From the NCBI GenBank assembly GCA_950097015.1, contig CATNEN010000032.1, forward strand, positions 372,001 to 436,000: a stretch of 64,000 nt of DNA, written 5' to 3'. Positions 45,901 to 57,900 of the stretch are shown here, in pieces. Below the pieces are notes generated by a model, which searched no databases, was not told where the DNA came from, and saw only the letters and a list, made by a program, of their open reading frames with translations. This stretch comes from Macrostomum hystrix. Lineage: Eukaryota; Animalia; Platyhelminthes. Positions within the stretch are counted from its first letter, which is position 1; each line of letters starts with the position of its first letter. Position numbers and translations under genes: made by a program.

Positions 45901-48900
45901 TATCACGAGTCACGTGACTGTTGTTTGAATCACGTAATTGTAGTTTGGATCACGTGACTTTTGTGAAAAGGATTGTACAAGTGAAGTTTGTATTTAATGA
46001 TTGAAGTTTTTAATCACGTGACTTTTTCTGAACACTTCTATTTAGGTTGGATCACGTGACTTAAGATATCAAATTATTTCCTGATGATATGTTCGAATCT
46101 AAGCCGCACCTGAATCACGTGACTCCACTCGCCTAGCCGATTTCGTGCTCGGCATGCGTAGCCGCCGGTCAGTTTCACGCCTGTCAGCGTGGCTCGATAG
46201 CGATAGGCTGGCGGTGATTCTGGCGCCAAATTTCCCACCAACAGAGTGCTGCCGGAGACTCCAGGCATCGACATCAGCTCCCAGGTGACGGTGGGCTCTG
46301 GCTGGGCGTCCACCAGGCACTCCAAAGACACGCCAGCGGAGGCAGCGAGCGCCGGGTCGAGTGCAACTTTGGTCGTCTGCGTCAGGACTTTGGGCGAGAC
46401 TGGAAAGAAATTAAAGTTTATTTCTCCCATCTGAAGCGTAGCTGAAATTCCTCAAAAACCAGTAAAAACTCACATTCCACCGTCAAGCGCAGCGAGCGCT
46501 CCAGCTTGCCGAAGCCATTTTGAGCAGTGCACAGATATTCTCCGGTTGCTACCGGATCTAGCCGAGAAAGTCTCAGAGCGCCGGTACTGATGTGTCTGTA
46601 GAAAAAAGTTTAGTTAGAAACTCGCAGAGTTTTAATAGGCAAGCGCCTATTGGCCAAACGCCAGGCAACCAATTAGATTATGGGGAGGAGAAAGCGCATG
46701 GAGTGAGGTTGGTGGGTGATGACAAAGACCTCTGTTTTTAGATCTTCGAATACAAAAAAATATTTTTTGCCCATAAGTTATTATAAAACTTGCCTAGTTG
46801 GATCATAGTCTTCTTCAATGCTGTACACAGAGGAGGCAACACGGTTATTAACAATTTCAACGCCATCCTTGAACCATCGCGTCAAGGCTTCTGGTTTGGC
46901 CAGTGTCGAGCAGTCCAACCGCAGGCCGCCGCCGCCGCCGCCGCCACCGCTGACAATGTCGCTGGCGTTGACGGTAAGCTGGGCTGGCCACGCGGATGTT
47001 GTCAGCCAGGCCGGCGCCTGCACCACCTCCAGGGCGACTGAGGCGGCTGGACCGCGGCCGACGCTGTTCTCCGGAGTGCAATAGTACAGGCCGCTGTCGG
47101 ACAGGCTGGCCGGGTTGAACTGCAGAATTGGCGATCGAGTCAGCTGCGTAAGCCCCGTGGAGTCGCTGGAGTAGCGAGACCAGACAAAGTCCGGGACTGG
47201 GACGCCCGGATTCTGCGAGCTGGGCTGGCAGACCAGAGAGGCCTGCCGGCCCGACACCACCGGGCTGGCTGCGGTGGCGCGGATCTCCGGAGCTCCGGGC
47301 GCGTACTCGACGATGACGTCGATGGAGGCCTTAATCACGGTAGGGAAATTCAAATTCAAATGTTCTAGGAAACTTCATTCAACAATAGACTAGAAAATCC
47401 CGTTCTAGAATCCACGGGGAATCTCAATCAAGAATCTCGGAGAATCCTTCTCAAGAATCTCGGGGAATCCTTCTCAAGAAACTCGGGGAATCCTTCTCAA
47501 GAATCTCGGGGAATCCTTCTCAAAAAACTCGGGGAATCCTTCTCAAGAAACTCGGGAATCCTTCTCGAAAATCTACGGGGAATCTCAATTAAGAATCTAC
47601 AGTGAATCCCTTGACCAATCCATAGCGCGGCTCACCTGAGCCGAGAACTCGCGCCTCACTGTCTGTCCGGATGCCGCGCTCGCCGTGGTGACAGCGGAGC
47701 TTCTAGCTTCGCACACCCACTGACCAGCGCTAGCCCGAGACACCGGGTCCAGCTGCAGGACCCGACTGGCGTTGCCGCTGGCAACAGGATCCGAGCTCCT
47801 GCGCCACCAGACCAGACTGGGTGGCGGATTGGCCGACACGAGACACTCCAGCTGAAGTCGGGAGCCTTCCTTCGCGGACACAACAGACACGGTGCCGCCT
47901 GTCGCTGTGGAAGAGTCGCCGCTGAGCAGTCTGATGGAGATTTCCGGAGGATAGAGTACGTCCAAGTAGAACGGCTGCCGAACGGACCGAATGTCGCCGG
48001 CGCTGAAGTAGCTCGTTTCAGCGACGCAGGCGTAACTTCCGGCGTCTGCCTTGGACGTCGAGGTGATGACGTGACCGACTGAGCGCTGCGCGACTGCTGT
48101 AGGACAGATTGGGATCGGCTTTGCGACTCCTCTGCACCCATGATCATTCCCTACATCTCATTTCACTGCTCTCTGGTCATTCCATTGCCTCACTGATCAT
48201 TCCACTGCCTCTCTGGTCATTCCACTGCCTCTCTGGTCATTCCACTGCCTCTCTGATCATTCCACTGCCTCTCTGCTCTCTGATCATTCCACTGCCTCTC
48301 TGGTCATTCCACTGCCTCTCTGATCATTCCACTGCCTCTCTGGTCATTCCACTGCCTCTCTGATCATTCCACTGCCTCTCTGGTCATTCCACTGCCTCTC
48401 TGATCATTCCACTGCCTCTCTGGTCATTCCACTGCCCCTCTGGTCATTCCACTGCCTCTCTGGTCATTCAACTGCCTCTCTGGTCATTCCACTGCCTCTC
48501 TGGTCATTCAACTGCCTCTCTGGTCATTCCACTGCCTCTCTGGTCATTCCACTGCCTCTCTGCTCTCTGATCATTCCACTGCCTCTCTGGTCATTCAACT
48601 GCCTCTCTGATCATTCCACTGCCTCTCTGGTCATTCAACTGTCTCTCTGGTCATTCCACTGCCTCTCTGGGCATTTTGATGCATACAATGTTCACTTTTT
48701 AGTATTAAAAAGCCGCGTTACTCAAAACTCACCCGACACAGTGACATTGCCGCGCACAATGTACACCCGCGCAGTGGGATTCGCCTCCGCGGAGCAGTTG
48801 AAGTCGACCCTGTCGCCATGTAGCACCATCTGAGACGAGACGGGCGTCACTTTCGGACCGTCTGTTTGGAAAAGAAAAGAATGCTTGTATTTCTACATGA

Positions 48901-51900
48901 ACCCTCGTGGGCTATAAAAAAACTAGGAACAAATTTGTTGCATTTTTCAAATAGATATTCTACTTCAAGTAGGCTATGCGCATATCATAGTAAAATGTGT
49001 GCTACGTACAGAAAACTGTTAAAGCCACGGCAGCGCTGGTGTAGTTGGCCAATCGGTGCAGACATCGGCAGCTCAGTCTGGCATTGTTATCTAACGAAGT
49101 GGCGTTCAACAGCAGATCGGAGCGCGAGGCACCGAGCTTCGTGATCGGCGGCGACCACGCCGACGCATTGGCTGGCAGCACGTCGGCCGTCAGCGAGCTG
49201 GCGCCGGCTCGCAGCCAGTCAATGCGAGCTGGCGGGTTGCCGCCCGGACACTGACAGGTCAGGCTGAGAGGCGAGCCGGCGGCAGTTGTGAGCTGGGAGA
49301 TCGGAATCAGCGGAGCCGATGAGCTGGCCAGGATCGGCTGGCTTGGAGCGACTGTCGGTTCGTTGGATAGGATGAATCTTGTTAGTGTGAGCAGCCCTGT
49401 CACACACCCCAGTTAGCCTGTTACACTCCAGTTAGCCTGTCACACACTCCAGTTAGCCTGTCACACTCGAGCTTAGCCTGTCACACACTCCAGTTAGCCT
49501 CTCACACTCGAGCTTAGCCTGTCACTCTCCGGCTTAGCCTGTCCCTCTCCACTTTAGCCTGTCACACACTCCAGTTAGCCTCTCACACTCGAGCTTAGCC
49601 TGTCACTCTCCAGCTTAGCCTGTTACACTCCAGCTTAGCCTGTCCCTCTCAACTTTAGCCTGTCACTCTCCAGCTTAGCCTGTCACTCTCCATTTAGCCT
49701 GTCACTCTCCAATTAGCCTGTCACACTCTCCATTTAGCCTGTCACACTCTCCAATTAACCTGTCGCACTCTCCAATTAGCCTGTCACACACTCCAGTTAG
49801 CCTGTCACACTCTCCATTTAGCCTGTCACACTCTCCATTTAGCCTGTCACACTCTCCATTTAGCCTGTCACACACTCCAGTTAGCCTGTCACACTCTCCA
49901 TTTAGCCTGTCACACTCTCCAATTAGCCTGTCACACTCTCCATTTAGCCTGTCACACTCTCCAATTAGCCTGTCACACACTCCATTTAGCATGTCACACT
50001 CTCCATTTGGCCTGTCACACTCTCCATTTAGCCTGTCACACTCTCCATTTAGCCTGTCACACTCTCCAATTAGCCTGTCACACACTCTAGTTAGCCTGTC
50101 ACACTCTCCATTTAGCCTGTCACACACTCCAGTTAGCCTGTCACACTCTCCATTTGGCCTGTCACACTCTCCATTTAGCCTGTCACACTCTCCATTTAGC
50201 CTGTCACACTCTCCAATTAGCCTGTCACACACTCTAGTTAGCCTGTCACACACTCCATTTAGCATGTCACACACTCTAGTTAGCCTGTCACACTCTCCAT
50301 TTAGCCTGTCACACTCTCCATTTAGCCTGTCACACTCTCTATTTAGCCTGTCACACTCTCCATTTAGCCTGTCACACTCTCTAGTTAAACGTTAGCATTA
50401 TTCTGTTCAACTTTCGGTCCGTCGCAGTTATTGTTACTCATTAACCTGCATCCGTAAAAATCTGCACATGTGATTATTCAGCTAAGAATTTTTCCCTGGA
50501 AATCCTTTCATATTTATCTGCTACTCAAGCACAGAGCTCTCGTATGAATGCTGTAAGTAAGGGAAAGCAGAAAGGAGCATTAAAAGCAGCCGAATAATGA
50601 GGCCGACCGTTCAATGCGATTTTGAAGGGGGGAAGCGGATGGGGTGGTCGTCCGCTCATGAAAAATGCATATCACGTGCCTTCCTGCGAGAGACCCTCGG
50701 GCCAATGTACTAGTTATCCGCCTAGTTCTCTCTCTGGTTGGGGGGGTGGGGGGGCTTGATGCGAACCATAAACTGGACGAGTGACTGGACCCGAACTTGC
50801 TAGTTGAGCAGTGAGCATGGATCCCTATTTCGGGGGCTGGAGGCGGGGTTTGGGAACTGGGACATACCGAACTGAGCTGGCAAACTCTGTAGCTGCGCCA
50901 TGATTTTTAATGCTTTGCCAGACATGCTGAAGGGTATCAGGCATGCTTTATGACTTGAAGTTGCTAAATATGCAGCTATTTTGCATGCGGCGTACACTGA
51001 GAGACAAAGGAAATGCTCATTCAGCACTGAATTCTGAAATATAATGGATTGCTAATCTATCCCATGTGTGATGGAGTAGAATGGATTGTTAATTTATCCC
51101 ATGGGTGAAGAAGTAGAATGGATTGCTAATCTATCCCATGGGTGAAGGAGTAGAATGGATTGCTAATCTATCCCATTAGAGAAGTAAAAGAATGGATTGC
51201 TAATCTATCCCATGGTTGAATGAGTGGAATGTATTGGTAAACTATACCGTAAGGGAAGGAGTAGCAATGGATTGCTAGTCTATTCCATGGGTGAAGGAGT
51301 AGAATGGATTGCTAATCTATCCCATTAGAGAAGTAAAAGAATGGATTGCTAATCTATCCCATGGTTGAATGAGTGGAATATATTGGTAAACTATATACCG
51401 TAAGGGAAGGAGTAGCAATGGATTGCTAGTCTATTCCATGGGTGAAGGAGTAGAATGGATTGCTAGTCTATCAGACTGGCAGGTGGGTGGCAGAGCGGTC
51501 TAACGGGTTTGCCTCTCGCACCAAGGTCCCTGAGCTCGTTTCCGCGGCGAAGTCCCATTTATCAAGAGCGCAGCCGCGGAGAGAAGGCTTGGGGGCTTGT
51601 CGTGCAATTTAAGGCCGTGATGGCCAACCTACAAGGCGCCGTAAGAGTGTACACTGCCTGACGATAAGAAAGTCAGGGCAGATGTACACACCTGTGTGAG
51701 TGTGTTCTCAGGGGTCAGCGAAATGGGCAGAATTGCCTCCTCGCTGGCTGCGGGTCTAGTGTCATCAAATGATGTGCCATTGCCCACAACCCTCCTGCAA
51801 ATATTATTCTTATCATAAACTATCCCATGTTGAAATAATAGAATGGATTGCTAATCTATCTTCTCTCATTGAAAGTCCATAACATAGTGAATACGCTTTT

Positions 51901-54900
51901 CCTCATGCATTCTCATTTCAGATTATAGTTCCACTGACCCCGCTGCCACCGATCTGTCTGTCAGTTTATAATTTCAGCAGCAATTAGGTCTCATATATTC
52001 TCAAATTCACGGCCAGAAAGGAGGGAAAAAGAAAATATTGCACTGCAGTTCAGGTAGTGGCAAAACTGGGTGGAGACTTGACAAGTTTGACAATGAGAGC
52101 TGCACACGAAAGGAAAACAGCCACCCCAACAAGCCGGGACTGGAACGTTGTCGCTGAATTGAAAGCCAAGAATTGAAGAGAAAGTTGGCTTTTGTCTGAG
52201 AAGTTTCAGGAGTCAGTGAGCTTTAGGCGGACTGTTTGAGTTAGAAGCAACACTGCAGGTCTTAGTGTGGTGTGCTGTAGAGAAAGTGAGTGAGTGAATT
52301 TGGGCAGTGAAGACCCCAGACAATGAGGAAGGTCAGAGCTCAAGAATACTCAAGCGTGTTAGAGCAGTTGACTACGAGTATAAGCTGTGGAGTCTTTTAT
52401 TCTCTCGCTGTTTTGGTTGCTGATTTTCTGAAGTGGCAACAGGTCTTTCGCAAAAAACAACTATTTCCTTGGTTGGCAAACAAGACACAAGCTTAAAAGG
52501 CTTCGAAAATTTATTCCTTTGTGTGAAATATTCTTGGTTTGAGCGATTCGGAAACTTTGATGGTTTAATTTTACAGGAATTTACTAGAAAATAGGGTAGC
52601 CAAAGTGGACGGACGTACACGGCGAACGCCTAGAAGAGGCACCGACACAAAAACTAAAACTAAAAACTGACACCCCACTGAAATAACAGAAACCCGATAC
52701 CTGGAACAGACACCCGAACAGACAACCGACACAGCCACCTGGAGCAGACACCCGATACAGACACCCGATACAGACACACACTACAGACACCCGATACAGA
52801 CACCCGATACAGACACCCAATACAGACACCCGATACAGACACCCGAACAGATATCCAATACAGACACCCGATACAGACACCCGATACAGACACCCGACAC
52901 AGCCACCTGGAGCAGACACCCGATACAGACACCCGATACAGACACCCGATACAGACACCCCGAACAGACACCCGATACAGACACCCGGATCAGAAACCCA
53001 CTACAGACACCCGATACAGACACCCCGAACAGACACCCGATAGAGACACCCGATACAGACACCCCGAACAGACACCCGATACAGACACCCATGGCAGACA
53101 CCCAGAACAGACACCCCGAACAGACACCCGATACAGACACCCATGGCAGACACCCGGAACAGAAACCTACTACAGACACCCGATACAGACACACACTACA
53201 GACACCCAATACAGACACCCGATGCAGACACCCGATACAGACACCCGATACAGACACCCGATGCAGACACCCGATACAGACACCCGATGCAGACACCCGA
53301 TACAGACACCCGGAGCAGACACCCGGAACAGACACCCGGAGCAGACACCCGGCTCACCCAGCACGGTGAGGCTAAGGCTGGCCTTGGTCGCGTCAGTGCC
53401 GCCCATGCCTTCGCACTCGTAGACGCCGTCCTGGTCCAAGCCGACCGAGTCCAGCGTGAAGCTGCCGTTGACGGCGGCCCGCGGACTGGCGGCGGTCCAG
53501 TCGGCGCTGAATGGCGCTTTCAGGCTGCAGCCTCCAGAGGCGGTGTGGCACAGGGCCAGGTTCTGCAGGCCGGCCGTTCTGCTGGTTGCGAAGCGCCAGA
53601 AGATGTACACCGGCGGCGGTTCGAATGAGCAGGTCAGCGTGGCGCCGGCTCCCGCTGTGATTTCTAGCGGACTGGGCGATGACGTCATCGATAGTTGGAT
53701 GCCGGCGGCTGTGAGGCGGAGGTTTCGTCACGCGTTTTTAATTGATTGATTGACTGGTTGATTGATTGACTGGTTGATTGATTGACTGGTTGATTGATTG
53801 ACTGGTTGATTGATTGACAGGTTGAATAATTTGTTCATGGTTTATTTATTGATTTGCTGATTTGTGATGGACATACTTTTTATTGATGGATTGAAAAATG
53901 ATTGAAACGATTCAATTAACTTTTCTGTTATCTAATAGACCGGTTGATTGTTTGCTTAGTTGACTTATTGATTGATTAACTTGGTTGATTGATTTTTCAT
54001 TGTTAGATTTCTTGATTTTTTAATTAACGGCTTGATTGATTGATTGATTGCTCTTATTGATTAATAAAAAATGTTTCTTGTTTTTTCAATTTGCCGCATA
54101 TTTGCTCAATCGATCAGTGAGTCGGTTTTCTCTTTTGTCAATCCGTCTCTTAGTAGGAAGGGCAGTGTCTAAAGGAACAGAAACTTCTCACCTCTCATTT
54201 CTGCTCCCCACCCTATCGGCTCTGGCTGGCTGGGTGTTCCCAATTTCTGGCCCTATACTTTCACTCCCCCATCCACTGATGGCAGCAGCAAGCAACGCAT
54301 TCGCCGGGGTGGCGGCTTGGCAAGTGACGGAGGAGGGCGCAGGCAGGCAGGGAAGGGCAGTTTTTGAGTTTTCACTCTGTGAGCGGCTGGCCGGCGGCCG
54401 TCAATTTGATCAATAAATAATTCACTGCCCGCATTCTCAACTGTGGGACCGCGAGCAGTCTGAGCACTGCTTGGCAGCTACTGGAACTGGAGAGAGGAGA
54501 AAGATATACGAGAGGTTGGGAGCCCGAAGCCAAGGTGTTGATGAGGCATCGATTAGCCTCACTTCCTCAGCACCCTCCCCCCGAATGGATACGGCTCCCC
54601 AATGCATTAGAAAAGGTTCTAGCAGCAAGAGTGCCGTGACTAGCGTTTTCATTTTGTTTGTGTCACCTGGAGAGGTGCGACAGGACTAAATATAATACTG
54701 TACGCAAATGTGCTTTGCTGTCTCCTCGACATGAAGTTTCGGTTAAATTAGATTTTTTGTGGCACGAAGCGTCGGTGAAAAAGTTTCGTAGAAACAAAGT
54801 TTCGTAGAAACAAAGTTTCATAGAAACAAAGTTTCGTAGAAACAAAGTTTCGTAGAAACAAAGTTTCGTAGAAACAAAGTTTCGTAGAAACAAAGTTTCG

Positions 54901-57900
54901 TAGAAACAAAGTTTCGTAGAAACGAAAAATTTTCAGTGACATTAATTTTCGGTGTGATTCCACATTCGTGTAGTAAGACCGTGCTAAATTAGCAAAATTT
55001 CCCGAATTTCTCTGCTTTCCTCAGAGTAGCTCCGGCCCAATGCAGATGAGGCCAATAAGCGATGACGCAATCATCGGAACCCGTCCGTTGCGCTGTCTTG
55101 GGCAGTCCAAATCGAATTTCAAATCATACAGTTCTGCTCTCAGTCAAATTATTCGGTGGTCCAAGTGCCTCCTGTCACTGTCCGTCTCTTTGATCCCCTC
55201 TAGGCAGCAGTGGCTGGCCAGGCTTTCCTGCTTAGTGCCTCGTGTTGTGCATTGTGAACCACCGAATTTCGTCATTAAGCCTCTTTAAGTCTACTTCAGG
55301 AGACAACTCTCGTAAACGCAGAATTTAATCGCGCCCCCTTTTTGTCACCGGAGTATTATCCCCGACAGACTCAACGGGATAATATCCCGACTGGCCTTGA
55401 AGAGAAAACTTTTTCCCTGACTGAGGTAGATTTTTTTCTTTAATAAACTATAACGAGAAGAAAATTTCCTAAAAACTTCAAATTTATCCCATTTTAATCC
55501 CATTTTCCGATCGCAATCCAGCGTAAGAGCTAGGGACAAAACAGGAAACAGGAATTATGAAGGCCTCGGATATTCGGATGGCTGGCGGAAGACGGTACCA
55601 AGGCCAGACTTCTTTCGCATCTCTCTAATTAGTGATTCCCATTGGCCAGAGTTGCATTCTGCTGATGAGAGGACCCGGCAGGCGGGACAGATGACGCAAC
55701 CAGCCCAATAAGTCCCCCTCTCCAGCTGCGGCCCGCAATCAGTTTGATTGTCTCCGGCAGCCCTGCAGCCTGAAGAGCCGGGATCCAGTTATATCTTTGT
55801 TCAATAGGCGTTCATCCCACGGATGCCAAGTCCTTCGCCCGGGTGTCCCCAATTAACCTCAATAACACTTTCCAATTGCTGTCTCCTATCTGGTTATCGC
55901 CCCCCAAGGGCGAATTTCCCCTTCAACATTATTCCCCCAGTTGGGATATTCGTCTAGACTGCCGATCTAAAAAAGGAAGTCCGCGCCACCTGCGCATCTC
56001 ATTTAGAAAGAATTCCCTTTCTTTCAAAATGGGATCAGTGGGGATAAAATCCCCTATTCCAGTTTCTTGGATGGCAACAAGAGGATGAGGAAAGCAGATT
56101 AGCAAAAGCATAAGCCGCGTGACCAGCCATGCCAAATCTGGGGGAAAATTTCAGCTGGGATTATCGGCGAAGGTGCCTCCTGCGACAAAAATCCCATCCC
56201 GCATTACTCTTTTATCCCGCAGATCCCAACATGCTTAGCAACAACCGGGTGCTGTGTTTCTGAGTTATTTGTCGAGCGAGAAAACAAATGAATCGGTGGC
56301 GCCATTGCAATCGGAATCCGAAACCGCTCCGCAGAACCGACTCGTATGAAGTTTCTAACAAAACAAGAAGCCAAACTTGCAGACTTTGTTCCGGATTCAT
56401 CATATTGCATCGCTTTTTGTTGTAAAGGGTTTTGATAACATATTTCAGTCATTTTGGTACTCCGGTGTATCATCTCCCCCACCTCATCTATTCCCAACCT
56501 CATCTCTCCCCTGTCTCATCTCTCCCCTGTCTCATCTCTCCCCTGTCTCATGTCTCTCCTGTCTCCTCTCTCTCCTGTCTCATCTCTCCCCTTTCTCATC
56601 TCTACCTGTCTCTTCTCTCCCGTCTCATCTCTCCCCTGTCTCATCTCTCCTCTGTCTCATCTCTCCCCTGTCTCATCTCTACCCTGTCTCTTCTCTCCCG
56701 TCTCATCTCTCCCCTGTCTCATCTCTCTCCTGTCTCATCTCTCCTCTGTCTCATCTCTACCCTGTCTCATCTCTCCCCTGTCTCATCTCTCCTCTGTCTC
56801 ATCTCTCCCCTGTCTCATCTCTCTCCTGTCTCATCTCTTCTCTGTCTCATCTCTACCCTGTCTCATCTCTCCCCTGTCTCATCTCTCCTCTGTCTCATCT
56901 CTCCTCTGTCTCATCTCTCCCCTGTCTCATCTCTCCCCTGTCTCATCTCTCCTCTGTCTCATCTCTACCCTGTCTCATCTCTCCCCTGTCTCATCTCTCC
57001 TCTGTCTCATCTCTCCCCTGTCTCATCTCTCCTCTGTCTCATCTCTCCCCTGTCTCATCTCTCCCCTGTCTCATCTCTCCTCTGTCTCATCTCTCCCCTG
57101 TCTCATCTCTCCTCTGTCTCATCTCTCCCCTGTCTCATCTCTCCCCTGTCTCATCTCTCACCTGTCTCATCTCTACCCTGTCTCATCTCTCCCCTGTCTC
57201 ATCTCTCCTCTGTCTCATCTCTCCTTTGTCTCATCTCTCCCCTGTCTCATCTCTCCTCTGTCTCATCTCTACCCTGTCTCTTCTCTCCCGTCTCATCTCT
57301 CCCGTGTATCATCTCACCCCACAAAATCTCTTCCCACCACCTATCATTTTCTTTATTATCTCCCTTTCTCGTCATTCCTTTTCACCTATCTTTCTCTCAT
57401 AGTTTGTTTTAAAGTTCAGATCGCATATAAAATTTTCGGCAAAAATTTTTCTATTTCTTTCTGGCGCAATAGACTGAGAAGCACTAAACTATATGTTTAG
57501 AAAAAGATCAGACTATTTTCTCTGTCTAGTTCGGCTTCTCCACTTTTGTGATTTTTTTCTCAAACGCGAAATAAACTCAGTCCAGACTTGCAGACTCGCT
57601 GTCCAGAGCTTAATGACAGCTTTGGGGTTACTTTATTCAGTAACTTTTACTCAGTTCCCCAGTCTATCCATTTACCTCTCCGTCTGTCTGCTCTCTGCTT
57701 TGACTTTCAAACTTTTTATTTCCAATTCTAAGCTTAAAAAACAGCTGGGCGTTGAGTGGACCAGGGGTGCCGAGAGGTGCCCGCAGTTCTCACTTTGAGA
57801 GGTGGCCACGCAGCGATGCAGCGGACCCGCCCCCACCCCGAAACCCAACCCAACAGGAGCTGCTCGCAAAAAGCAATTAAGGAAATTGTAGCGGGGTCGG

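Noticed and set aside
56377-57500. Three overlapping ORFs of about 340 aa
   Set aside because: A 16-bp C/T-rich array that is open in all frames.
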